A stretch of 64,000 nt of DNA from the human T2T-CHM13v2.0 reference genome, Homo sapiens (GCF_009914755.1 NC_060947.1), one strand, 5' to 3'. Counted from the first letter of the stretch, positions 26,952 through 39,472 are shown. The notes: a model not told the origin generated them from the letters alone. Numbers and translations: made by a program.

Positions 26952-28820
26952 GAGAAATTGTGAAAGGGAACTGAGAATTGTGGTAGAGAACAGAAAATGA
27001 TAGGAGAGATAGGGAATTGTGGGAGAAGGGAGAATTGCGGGAGAGAATAAAGTATCATGAGAGAACAGAGAATTGTGAGAGACAATGTGGAATTGGGAGA
27101 CAGACTAGGCAGCTGTGAAAGAGAACAGAATATTGTGTAATAAGGGAGAAGTGCAAGAGTGGAGAATTGTGAGACAGAGCAAAGAATTGTAGGAGATACG
27201 AGGAATTATGGGAAAGACAAGGAATTATGGGAAAGAACAGAGACTTGTAGGTGAGACAGGGAATTGTGGGAGATAATAAAGAAAGGGGGAAGACATCAGG
27301 AATTGTAGGAAAAAACAGAGAATTGTGGGAGTGACACAAAATTGTGGACACACGGGGAATTGTGGGAGAGAAGGGAGAATTATGAAAGAGAAGAGATTAT
27401 TGTGGGAGAGATGGGAAATTGTGTAAGAGAATAGAGTATTGTGAGAGAACAGAATGATGAGGGAGACTAAGGAGTTAGGGGAGAGACTACAGAATTGCAA
27501 ATGAGGATGGAGAATTTTAAGAGAATGGAGGACTGTGAGTGAAAGTGAAGAATTATCAGAGAGAAGAAAGAATTAGGAGAGAGATGTGGAATTATGAGAA
27601 AGACAGGAAATTGTAGCATATGACACAGAATTGTGGGAGAGAGCAGAATTGTGGGAGAGACATAGATTTGTGGAGAGGACAGCACAAAGAATTGTGGGAG
27701 AGACACAGGATTGTGGGAGAGAACAAAAAATTGTGGAAGAGACACAAAATTGTGGGAGAAAAGGGACACTTGTGGGATAGAAAATTGTGAACGAGAATAT
27801 TGTGAGAAAACAGAATTATGAGAGAGAATGGGAGTTAGGGGAGAGACTGGGGAATTGTGAACAATCATGGAGTATTTTGAGGGAATGGAGAATTGTAAGA
27901 GTGGAGAATTCTGCGAAAGAACAAAGAATTGTGGGGGAGATGGGGAATTATAGGAAAGATAGGAAATTGTAGCATAGAATACAGAATTATGGTTGAGATA
28001 AGGAATTGTGGGAGAGAACAGAGAATTGTGAGAGGAAACCAAAAATTGTGGGGAGAAACATGGAATTATGGGAGACACAGGGAATTGTGGGAGAACAGAG
28101 AACTCAGGGAGAGACAGGAAATTGGGGGAGAGAACAGAGAGTTCTGGGAGATACAGGGAACCATGGGAGAGAATACAGTGTTGTGGGAGAGACGGAATAA
28201 TTATGAGAATGAAGGGAGAATTGTGGGAGAAAGGAAATCATGAAAAAGAATATTGTGAAAGAACAGAATTATGAGAGATAATGGGGAATTATGGGAGAGA
28301 CTGGGGAATAAGAACAGAGTATTGTGAATGAACAGAACATTGTGGAAATGAATAATTTTGAGGAATTGTGACAGACAGAGTCATAGGGAATGATGGAAAA
28401 GACAGAGAACTGTGGGAGGAATGGAACTGTGGGAAACAGAATTTTGAGAGATACAAGAATTTGTAGGAAAGAATAAAGGCTTGCTGGGAAACCCAGCAAA
28501 TTTTGGGAAAAACAACAGAATTACGGGCAAGACAGGGAATTGTGGGACAGAAAAGTGAATTGTGGGAGACACAAGGAATCATGGGAGAAACAAGAGAATT
28601 GTGAGCAAGACAAGGAATTGTGGGACAGAAAAATGAATTGTGGGAAGGAATAGAATTTTGGGAGTGACATGGGATTGTGGGAGAAATAAGGAATTGTGGG
28701 AGAGACAGAAGATTGTGGAAAGAACTGAGAATTGTGGGAGACAGAACTGTGGGTAACAAAACAGAATTGCGGGAGTGAAAAGGAATTGTGGGAGGGACAA
28801 AAGAATTGTGGGTAAAGAGA
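26952..28820 (+). repeat. Degenerate purine-rich tandem array, unit ~18-21 bp, core GAATTGTGGGAGA
   Basis: The core recurs about every 20 bp over ~1.9 kb. The + strand is G/A-rich and C-poor. Confidence 0.95.
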
Positions 28821-29085
28821 GAAGTTGAGCTGTGATAGTTGAAATGGAATCCTTGGGCTATCCTGTAGGCAGTTCTGATGCTGGGATGGCCCTTCTGAGT
28901 TGTCCCCTTTGGGGCTAGGGGCCTGGACTTATGTGCCCTTGCAGAGACCCTCATAGGATGCAGATCGTCCCCAAGGAGGGGAAGTGATTTTGTGTGAGGC
29001 AATTCTCTTAGGCAGAGGACAATTCCTGGAGACTCAGCTGAAAGCTGTGAGCCCCCAACACTTTCTGCACCAGGGGACATCTGGA
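28815..29085. mobile_element. Old ERVL LTR remnant (LTR33-like) abutting the tandem array
   Basis: GAGAGAAGTTGAGCTGTGAT...GGATGGCCCTTCTGAGTTGTCCC...AGGACAATTCCTGGAG resembles LTR33 as recalled. Confidence 0.5.
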
Positions 29086-29559
29086 CGTATTTCACAGAGC
29101 CACTATAGTTATATAGAAAGATATATGTTTCTTTATTAACACTTTAAGTAACAAGATCAAATTACCTTAATTTCAAAGTAGTGGATGGATGATATTTTGA
29201 GACAGGCACAACAACCATATGTGACATAATTTATCTGTAATGTGTATTAGTGCCACATACAGCTAATAGTACTAGGATTTATTGCCTACATCCCTGATGG
29301 AAGAAAATGCTAAATTTCTGTTGGAGGTAAATGAAAATACAGACATTCAAAATCACATACCCAGTTAAGAAGAATTTAGCAGCCAGAACACTGTCTTGTT
29401 CACTTTTGGATCTCCACCACCGAAGTTATGGGCACCTACTAACGTTTCTTGAATCATTGCTACAATTAAAACCGATAAGATTTAAAAAAAAAACAAATTT
29501 AAAAACTCCTCCAAAGCACTCCTTCTGCCGCATAAAGCATACATAGTAGAGCTCTTCAC

Positions 29560-30260
29560 TCTAGGGAAGCCTCTGGAGCAGACAACCTTCCCTGCCACCG
29601 CCACATTTTGAAAAAGGCTCCTGGCCTGGAGGGGCGGGCCCAGAAAGCGGCCCCCGCAGCAGTTACAGGCCGGGGCGAGGAGGGGACGGAACCCGCTCTC
29701 CGTGATTGACGGAAAATATTACTCTTCAGCCCGCCTCCCGCGTGCCCGGAAGTCCCGCCTTCTAAAAAGGAAGTAGGGGTGCGTGAGAACGCCGGCGGTG
29801 ACCGCAGCCACAGCGGTGACCGAGTGAGAGGAAGGCGGCGGCGGCGGCGGCGGCGGCGTGAAGTCACTGCTGCTCTGGGTTCGGGTTGGCGACTGAAGGC
29901 GGTACCGGCCTCCCGGAACAGCCCGGGGGAGGGCTTAGGTGCAGAAGGGCAGGCTGGCCGCGGCCGGTTTGGTCTGGGGACCACGGGCTGGAGCAGGTGG
30001 GCAAGCGCCGGGACGGTGTGGGGAAGACACTTGGCAGCTTCTCGACCTCTGGTGTCCCTTCGTTTCTTCGAATTCCTATTCATGCGCCGCACCCTTCTCG
30101 GACCCCCAGCCCCTCGCTAAGGCTCTGGGGATGGGGGTCAAGTCTAGGCTCAATGGACCTCCCCTCCTCCACCCGGGTCACCACTCCTCGGAAATCCTCG
30201 CCCCACTCCCGCCTCAGGCCTGTACCTCCTGGCTGTGACGTGGTTTCTCAGCGACTGCCT
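29560..30260. promoter_or_regulatory. HCCS: CpG-island promoter of HCCS (TATA-less, probably bidirectional), including non-coding exon 1
   Basis: Sharp rise in GC and CpG. GC box GGGGCGGG at 29631-29638, ETS/GABP site CCGGAAGT at 29746-29753, second AGGAAGT at 29768-29774. Candidate donors at 29824 (GTGAGA), 29902 (GTACCG) and 29997 (GTGGGC). The exact TSS cannot be read from sequence. Confidence 0.9.
29834..29857 (+). repeat. (GGC)8 trinucleotide repeat in the HCCS exon 1 / 5' region
   Basis: Eight perfect GGC units read directly. Confidence 0.97.
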
Positions 30261-30508
30261 CACCTCAGTCCCAAAATCCTCACTGCCTTAGATACATACG
30301 TGCCCCCAGAGGTTGGCCTGGGTTTCACAGTATTTCCCTAAGGGGGCAATATATTAAAGCTGTCCTTCGAAGTTAGTACCCTGCCTGGTAGATGCCCATG
30401 GGATGACAAAGAGGAGGAACAAGGGTTGACCAGATTAGGACTAACGAGAGAATAGTCTGAGTCCAGAGACATTAATCTGTCTCTTTGTTTTGGCAGGTGG
30501 AAATTTAA

Positions 30509-30655
<147 letters not shown>

Positions 30656-30683
30656 TAGAAAATAAAAACAAAAGATAATTCAC

Positions 30684-30965
30684 GGCTGGGTGCGGTGGTT
30701 CACGCCTGTGACAGCACTTTGGGAGGCCGAGGTGGGTGGATTGCTTGAGCTCAGGACTTCGAGACCAGCCTGGGCAACATGGCAAAAACCTCCCTCTACA
30801 AAAAAATACAAACATTAGCCAGACGTGCTGGTGGGTGCCCGTAGTACCAGCGACTTTGGAGGTTGAGGTGGGTAGGATCGCCTGGGAGGCCAAGGTTGCA
30901 GTGAGCCAAGATTGTGCCACTGCACTCCAGCCTGGGTGACAGAGTGAGACTGTGTCTTAAAAAAA
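30684..30965 (+). mobile_element. AluJ in HCCS intron 2
   Basis: GGATTGCTTGAGCTCAGG J-type diagnostic; starts 45 nt after the exon 2 donor. Confidence 0.9.
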
Positions 30966-31236
30966 GTCTGGAAAGCCTCTAAAGGAAGAGGCAGTGTAGT
31001 ATGCTGCTGAGGCTGGTAGGCATGGGAGTCAGGCACCCTGGGTCTGGTCGTTATTTTGCGTCTTATTGAGGTTTGTGACTCTAAACAAGTTAACTCTGTT
31101 AGCCTCAGTCTGTCATCTGTAAGATGAAGATATAATAATGTTTCACAGGCCTGTCATGATGATTGAGGTAGTACATGAGAACGTAGTGAGTACTCTAAAC
31201 CAGCCCCAACTTCCCAAAGTTTACTTGTGCCTACAT

Positions 31237-31442
31237 CAGTGGTTCTTAACTGGAGGGGGGCAATCCCCCCTTCCCACAGGGGACATTTGCCAATATCTGG
31301 AGGCATTTTTGGTTGTCACAACTGAGAGGAAAGTGAATAGAGGGCAGGAGTGCTCCTAAACATCCTACAATGTACAGAACAGCCCCCCAACAAAGAATCA
31401 GCTGGCCCCAAATATCAAGAGGGCCAAGGTTGAGAAACCTTA
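31237..31442. mobile_element. MER20 (preceded by a MIR at ~30990-31190)
   Basis: CAGTGGTTCTTAAC...GGACATTTGCCAATATCTGGAG...GGTTGAGAAACC. Confidence 0.85.
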
Positions 31443-33143
31443 GTCTAGATCTAGCTGTCTTAATAAATAACTTTTGCTCGTATAGCCATTTCAGTATTTT
31501 CGTATATAAAAGTAAGCCATCACTTAACGGGCTTGCTGTCCATTCTTTAGATAAGAAAATGAAAATGGAAAAGCTGTCTTTCATTTTTAATTCATTCATG
31601 TCTACTTTAGATTTTTTATATTAAAGTGTGGCTTGAATCAGTAAGTCGTGAAGGGCAGAAGCAACATGGTGTGCTTACTGAGTACTAATGTTTGCGCTGT
31701 TATTCATTTCTTCAGTCAGCCAGCCTATTCTGAGAGGTCACTGCCCATTCTGTACCAAGCATTGCTGGATTTTGTTTGTTTCTGCACGAGAGAATAACAT
31801 CATACAAAATGGAGCTTTGCCTGATAGAGCTTACATTCTCATCTTCATAAGCTATGTGGTCTTACGACTTCATAAGCTAAGTTTTCTCCCTATTTTATAG
31901 TCAAGGAAACTAAGACTTGGAGTAACTGATGCTCCAAGTCACATAGTAAGTGGCAAAGCCAGCAAAAGTTCTGTGACCTTGGACAAGGACAGGCAGTGTT
32001 CTTCTGGGGTTTCTTTGTACAGGAAGAATTGAGACAGATCAGCCAAAGCAGGTGTGCTCCTGTTCTGAGTGTCCTCAGGGAGATTCTAGAACCCTTACTT
32101 TGGTTTTATTTCATTTGCTGTATATCTTGGAGAGCTGCCAGACTTACTACATTAATAAAGAATGTGGGTGTCTATAGGAGATCGAAGGGGCTACTGGTTA
32201 TATGACGTGAAAAGTTGAAATGTTATTTTCTTTGTAACACCCAGCTGGGATCTATGACTTGGAAAGGATTGGTGCTTTCAGTGGTAGAGAGGAAAGGCAT
32301 AGCAAGTCTTCCTTCACCCCTAAAGTGGGCAGTGGCACAGGGCACCAGGAAATGAGGGCTTGGGAGGAGAAGTGCAGGGAAGGAAGTGAAAGCAAACTCA
32401 GCTTTTTCATGTGTATTGCTGTAGTTGCTGCTGCTGCTGCCTGAGGCCAAGATTCCATTACATGAGCAGCTGTCTTCTGTGTCTCAGCTCTCCAAGTGCC
32501 TGCTCATTCTCTGAACCAGTTTCCCAGTCCCTCACTAATTGGGATCAGCATCCTGGGTCTTTGGGCATAGCCCTTGCTATTGCTCATCTCATTAGGCTCA
32601 GACCTTCCCTCGTAATGGGCATCTTGATCCTGTATGGGTTGTGGAATATTTTCTTTATTGTCTGTCTTTTCCTGTTAAACTCTTGCCATTGACTGATGGG
32701 AATAGGCCATAGGCCACGTGGTTTTCCTGTGCCTTGTTTCAGTCTTGAGACAAAGCAGAGTGGCATTCAGATTTTTTTGCAGTAGCCTCTGTGATGTCTC
32801 CTCTGTTCATTTTCTCCTCCCCTTCCTTGTACCTGAGATAATGCATCAGTAATGAAAGCCTGGATTGCAACTGTGTCCTGATTGGATCTGGGCTTCTCTG
32901 GAACTAGTGAATGGAAAGTCAAGGAGACCCTGTGAAATGTGGCTGGTCCCCTCTTAGGTTCCTCTAACAGCTCCCCAGCTGCTCATCCAGCCAGGTTACT
33001 CAAACCATGGCACAGATAACACATGCTCTTGCAACTGCCAAGGTTTTTTGGCTTATTTTTGCTGGGGGTGTGACACAATTAGAGAATGTATACTCATTTT
33101 TCTTTCAAAGGAAATGTAAATTTTAGAACCTTCTCATCTTTAG

Positions 33144-33545
<402 letters not shown>

Positions 33546-34251
33546 TAGGATGAATTCTTCTGTCCTTTGAAAACAGAGAAGTTAGATATTCTATCTACAG
33601 TGAAAATCTAGAATGTGTTAGTAAGTGTAGTTTCAGGGAGTGCCTGGGAAAAAAACCAGAGTGATTATGAGGAGCCAGCATAGTTGTACTGGGAATAAGC
33701 CATACCAAATGAATATTTTCTTCTGGGACAGTTACTAGGTGGTAGATGGGAAATTCTGTAAGAACCATAGCTAGAGTTAGTTAAGGTATCTTTGGTCTGG
33801 GGAAACTTTGTAGACACATTACATGATTGGGGAACTTCTTCAGGTACAATAGGGTGCCAGCCTGCCCGAGTCACTAGGGTGGTTCACTGTCGTGTGACTG
33901 CCAGCAAATTTAATGCCATTGAGAAGTGAGGGCAAGGTTGATGTGACATCACTACATTTTGTGATAGACAACATCAGAAATTGTGGTCTAAAGTTTGGAA
34001 TCGTGTTTTAACGGGAGGCTCAGGCATATACTTCAGAGGGCCACAGGATTATCAAGAATAGAAATTTTAGTGAACCAGACAGCCTGTAAAGAAACTAGAA
34101 ATATTTAGCCTGGAAAAGAAAGGGCGTGGGGGATACAATAGCAGCGTCCACCTCAGGAATCAACAAACTATGGCCCACTGCCTGTTTTTGAAAATGAAGT
34201 TTTGGACAATGCACCAAGATTATCTTGCACATAGGCCTTCAAATATTTACA

Positions 34252-34390
34252 CCAGAGGTCATTGGCAAACTGCTTCTATAAAGGGCCAGGTAGTAAATAT
34301 GTTTGGTTCTGTGGGCCGTAGGGTCTCTGTCACACTACCCAGTTCTGCTGCTGCTGCTTTCTCTGTAGCATGAAAGCAGCGACAGGCAGC
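34252..34390. mobile_element. MER58A-like fragment
   Basis: GGCAAACTGCTTCTATAAAGGGCCAGGTAGTAAATAT...GGTCTCTGTCACA. Confidence 0.7.
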
Positions 34391-34571
34391 ATTATCCGAA
34401 GCCCCTGGCAGACCACTGGCCTAGATGATCTCTAATAGGTGAGTGGTTCAGAACATGGGCCTTTTGGAACCTTACAGACCTAGACACTTACCCCATGGGA
34501 TCATGATATGTAGTGAGAATGTGAATAACAGCTAACTTTTCTTGTGGTCACTTTTTAAAAATTTTTTATTC

Positions 34572-34671
34572 AAGGCTAGCCAACTGAAGCAGTGGGAGAG
34601 GAGAAGGAACAAAGAAATCTGTAACTGGTTGTGATCAATTAGTCGTAAACACTACTGTACTCAGACCAGCC
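34572..34671 (-). pseudogene. Retroposed Y3 RNA (RNY3-derived) pseudogene in HCCS intron 3
   Basis: The minus strand reads GGCTGGTCTGAGTACAGTAGTGTTTACGACTAATTGATCACAACCAGTTACAGATTTCTTTGTTCCTTCTCC...GCTAGCCTT, about 7 substitutions from hY3 as recalled. It has an A-rich tail and a 16-bp TSD TCTT(G/T)TGGTCACTTTT at 34540-34555 and 34672-34687. Confidence 0.93.
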
Positions 34672-35744
34672 TCTTTTGGTCACTTTTCTAGCGTTTAAGC
34701 TAAGCACCCTACATTCTCCCCTTTAATCCTCATAACAACTCTGTGCAGCCAGTATTCTTAGTGTCCCCATTTCAGAGCTAAAGATACTGAGAGTGAAGGA
34801 GTCATTCATCCCACATCACCAGCTAGGAAATGGCAGAGCCAAAACTGAATCCTTATCCACCTCAGACCCATGTTCTTAAACACACTGTGGTGATAATGCA
34901 GGTAGAATACTCTGCAGTGCCTACTACACATAGCCCTTCCTGCTGTCGGTATTCTGAGGGCCTTGTTGTGATGGAGACTTTTAATTAATGTTTACTAGGA
35001 AATCCTTTATACTTCTAACACAGAAAGTTCAAGGCCAGTCATTCCCAACCTTGGGTGATTTTGCCCCTCAGGCAAATATCCTGCTGAACATCCTGCAGTG
35101 CTTAGACCACCATAACTAAAAATTGTCCAGCTCCAAATGTCAATAGTGCCACGGATGAGAGACCCTGGCTAAGGCTAAGTGCTAGCATAACAGTATTGGT
35201 GACCCACATGTCTGGGAGAAGGGATTCTTCCCACCTTCTGACCTCGCAGCGTTGAGATGCAAAGACTCATCTGTAATATATTTTGCCTAAGGGATGAAGC
35301 ATAAGCAGAAACCTAAAAAATCTGAGAATATTTTTTTAAAAAAGCATTGCTGTACATGTGTGCTATGAGAGTTTTCCCCAGAGAATGAATAGTCATTTTT
35401 GAAAAGCTTGTCGTAAAGTTTTTAGAAATGCCTGAAGATCGTGGCGTTAGTTTCTACTTCTTATTCCTTGGTGACATTACTTCTAAATTTGTTCAAAGGA
35501 GAAAGAGGCCAAAAATTTAACCACAGTGTTTACCATATTTGAGAACTTAATCAGTGAAGAAACACAACCTCAGTAATGTGACTCTTCAAAACAGTCAAAT
35601 TATGTGAGAAGTCTGAAATTTTGATGTCACTGATTTAATAAGTAATCTGTGCTTTTTGTGTGATGTATTGCTTTCCAGGAAGTAGTTAATTATATTGCCT
35701 TTTACTTTATATCCTATAAAAGCAAATCTGTTCATTTTATTTAG

Positions 35745-35894
<150 letters not shown>

Positions 35895-36058
35895 TGAGTG
35901 AACATATTATTTAAGATAAAAATTTCTTGTCAGAATATCCAAGAGTTATATGCTAAAGAGATTTTTTACCTTCAAAACAATATAGTACATTTTTATGTAT
36001 TAATCAGTTTATAATCACCTGATTTTTCACACCTGTCAGAATGTAAGTGCGAGACCAG

Positions 36059-36578
36059 TGTATTAAATCAGGGTTCTCAAGAGAAACAGAACCAATAGGA
36101 TATGTGTAGGGGGGCAGGAGACAAGGAAGGCAGGAAGATATTTATTGTAGGGAATTGACTTACACAATTATATAAAGCTGTGGAGTCCCAAGATCTGTAG
36201 TCAGCAAGCTGGAGACCGAGGAGAGCCGATGGCACACTTCTGGTCTGAAAGCCAGCGGTCTCAAGATGCAAGAAGAACTGATGTTTCAGTTTAAGTCCAA
36301 AGGCAGGAAAAGTCCAATGTCCCAGCTCAAGCAGTCATGCAGAAGGCCTTCCCTCTTACTCATGGAAGGGTCAGCCTTTTTGTCATTCAGGTCTGCAGCT
36401 GATCAGATGTGACCCACCCACACGGAGTGGGGAGGGCAGTCTGCTTCACTTAGCCTACTGATTAGAATGTTACTCACATTCAAAAAACACCCTCACAGAC
36501 ACACCCAGCATAATGTTTGACCAAATGTCTGGGCATCCTGTGGCATAGTCAGGTTGACACATAAAATTAACCATCACA
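36059..36578. mobile_element. MLT2B-like ERVL solo LTR in HCCS intron 4
   Basis: TGTATTAAATCAGGGTTCTC...GAAACAGAACCAATAGGA...AAAATTAACCATCACA. Confidence 0.85.
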
Positions 36579-36859
36579 GCTAGTAATAGGTTTTTTAAAA
36601 AACTGAAAACACTGTTAGATAAAATGTTTAGAAAAAGTTAGGGGATCATTGATCAGTGGTACTATCTGAACAATTGTCACCTTAAAAATAGATGATTCTG
36701 TAAGTCTGGTTTACTGTGACTCAGTAAAATGAGACTAAGGTGAACCTTTTATATTTGTTTTCAATGCTTCTATAGTAGCTTTGGATTTATAGTGCTGCTC
36801 CATGATCATGGGTAAATCTTGAAAATGAGCCTTAGATCTGTTAAATTCAGAGAAAATGA

Positions 36860-37099
<240 letters not shown>

Positions 37100-37249
37100 T
37101 AAGTATGTTTGAGATCTTAAATGTTTCAAGCATCTTTGTTATTTCATATCAGCTTTCTAGAGTTTTAACATTCAAATCATTTGTTCTAATAAAACATTTT
37201 ATGTAGCAGGCATGGCTCAGTGACAATTGTTGCATGACAGGCCACCCTT

Positions 37250-37690
37250 CTTAGTTGAAAAATAGCAACCATTTTATTAGGCTTGTGGATTCAGTGGGTC
37301 TGGGTAGCCAAGGACAGGGCAAGGATGGCTTGTCTCTGGTCCTTGATGTCTGGGGCCTCAGCTGCAAAGACTTAGTGGTCAGGATGGCTTCCGAGCCGTG
37401 GGCTAGAGTCTTCTGACGGCCTGCTGGTTTACTCCTCTGGCGAGTGGTCATGGCCTCTGAATATGGCTGTTTTCGGCTTCGTCATATGGTGGCTAGGTTC
37501 CAATAGCTAGAGTTCCAAAAAGCATCTCTATCTCCATTTTCTGACCCAGCCTGGGAAGTCCCAAAGTGTCAGAAGCCTGCCCAGATTCAAGGGGAGGGGA
37601 CAGAGACCCTGCCTCTCAGCAGAAGGAGCATTACAGCCCTTCGAAAGCAGAGCATGTGGGAAGGGAGATGCTAAAATGCCATCTGCCCCA
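37250..37690. mobile_element. Old MLT1-family LTR (a MER5-like element follows at ~37850-38030)
   Basis: GATGTCTGGGGCCTCAGCTG...GCCCAGATTCAAGGGGAGGGGACAGAGACCC. Confidence 0.65.
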
Positions 37691-39280
37691 AGGGAGGTGG
37701 GAAAGACATTTTTGTTCCCTCAATAGCATTTATTGAATCCCCATTAGGACTAAACACAAAGAGATGTCTTAACTCAGAGCTCTTTTTCTCAAGGAGAATA
37801 GGTAAATGCAGCTGTGTGTGTTAAAGGAGACAGGACTTCAGTCTGTTGAGAGTAGTGGTTCTCACACTGGAGCGTGCATCAGGATCATGGGGAAGGTTTG
37901 TTAAAACCCAGCATGCTGGGTCCCACCCGCAGGATGTCTGACTGAGTCTGTTTCGGGTGGTGCCTAGACTGGGTGTATCTAGAACACTGCATATGCTGCT
38001 GGTTTGAGCCAGATTATGTCATAAACAGTGGTTTTAAATTCATTGCACAATGCGATTAATTAATTTCTTGGCTAAAGTCCACTTAATGATTTTTTTAAGG
38101 TGTTTTGTTTGTTTTTAATATTTGCACTCTGAAGTTCATTGGTTGCACTCCCTGGCTGTCACAGGCTGGGCCTCAGGCCTGGGGTGGGTGCATGTGAGAG
38201 GGGAACAACTGCAACCGTGTTGCCCTCAGTAATCTCTGGACTGAGAGGAGCCACAAGTGTTTGCAGTGACCTACTTTGAAAGTGTGTTCTAATTAAGACC
38301 ACCTGCTAATTACTTGTGTGATTATGGAGCAAAGCGAAGAGAGAAAAGGGAATTTCAGTTTGTCAGTTTCAATTCCTTCTCCAGTTATTTTCTGGACGGT
38401 CAAAATTAAGTAGACCGTTTAAAAACTCATGCTATGATCTCCAGAAGAAAGTTTTGCCTAGATTGAGTTTACCTTTTTGCCTGTGATCCTCTTGAGAAGA
38501 GATGTTAAGGAGAGGAGTAGTTCCTAAAAGGAGAAGAAAAGTAACTCATAAGTCCTCAAATAGAAGTCCTTTATACTTTGGAAATTTTTCTCCCTCCCAC
38601 TTACTTAGACACCTATCTTGTTATCCATGGGAGCAGCTAACAATATAGGTGGCCTGCTGACTTGGCCACCACTCCCTCTGTCTCGGTAACAGCTGTCTGT
38701 CTAGCCTGTAGGTGGGCTGTGAACTCCACGAGGACAGTGCTCAGAGGGTCTTGTATAGCAGGTCAGTGCCCTGCTATACCCTGGTGCCTACAGAGGGCTG
38801 GCACCTAGAGAGTCCTCAGCAGGGGTCTGCGGGTAGAGGGAGTGCATTTGCCAGCTAGGACTCTGCCACTCCTCATCTTATGTGTAGTTATTAAGGAGCT
38901 GGTCCAACATTAATTACAATCCATTTCTAGGGATTAATCCATCATTTTCTTTTCTTCATAAAGGCTGTTCATTGGTTTGAAATGAAAGAAGAGTATAGGA
39001 TTTTCTTGTTTGTCTGAAAAACCCCAGCTGCTCTGTGCCAAAAAGAAGCATGATGCACAATACTTGAGGCTGTTTTTTTTTTTAATTTGCCTTTCCTCCT
39101 CCACCAAATGGAAAGGCCCTGTTTCCTGACTCCTCAAAGTGCAGTGTAGATATCCAGAAGGAAGGGGAGGCAATGGAATGCACCAGTCCAGAAGGAAAGA
39201 GGAACATTTTTAACAAATAGGCACTTGTTGTTTGAATTATTTTAGAACTTACCTTTCTCTGTAAATGTTATATTATGTGA

Positions 39281-39472
<192 letters not shown>

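Noticed and set aside
26952-28820. CRISPR-like repeat-spacer appearance of the array
   Set aside because: Repeats are short and degenerate, spacers are similar low-complexity purine runs rather than unique sequences, no cas genes are present, and the context is human.
29598-29610. Possible YY1 site CCGCCACATTTTG
   Set aside because: Deviates from the CGCCATNTT consensus; too weak to call.
29556-30341. Arg/Pro/Gly-rich ORFs across the HCCS promoter
   Set aside because: Stop-poor CpG-island and GGC-repeat artefacts with no recognisable protein similarity.
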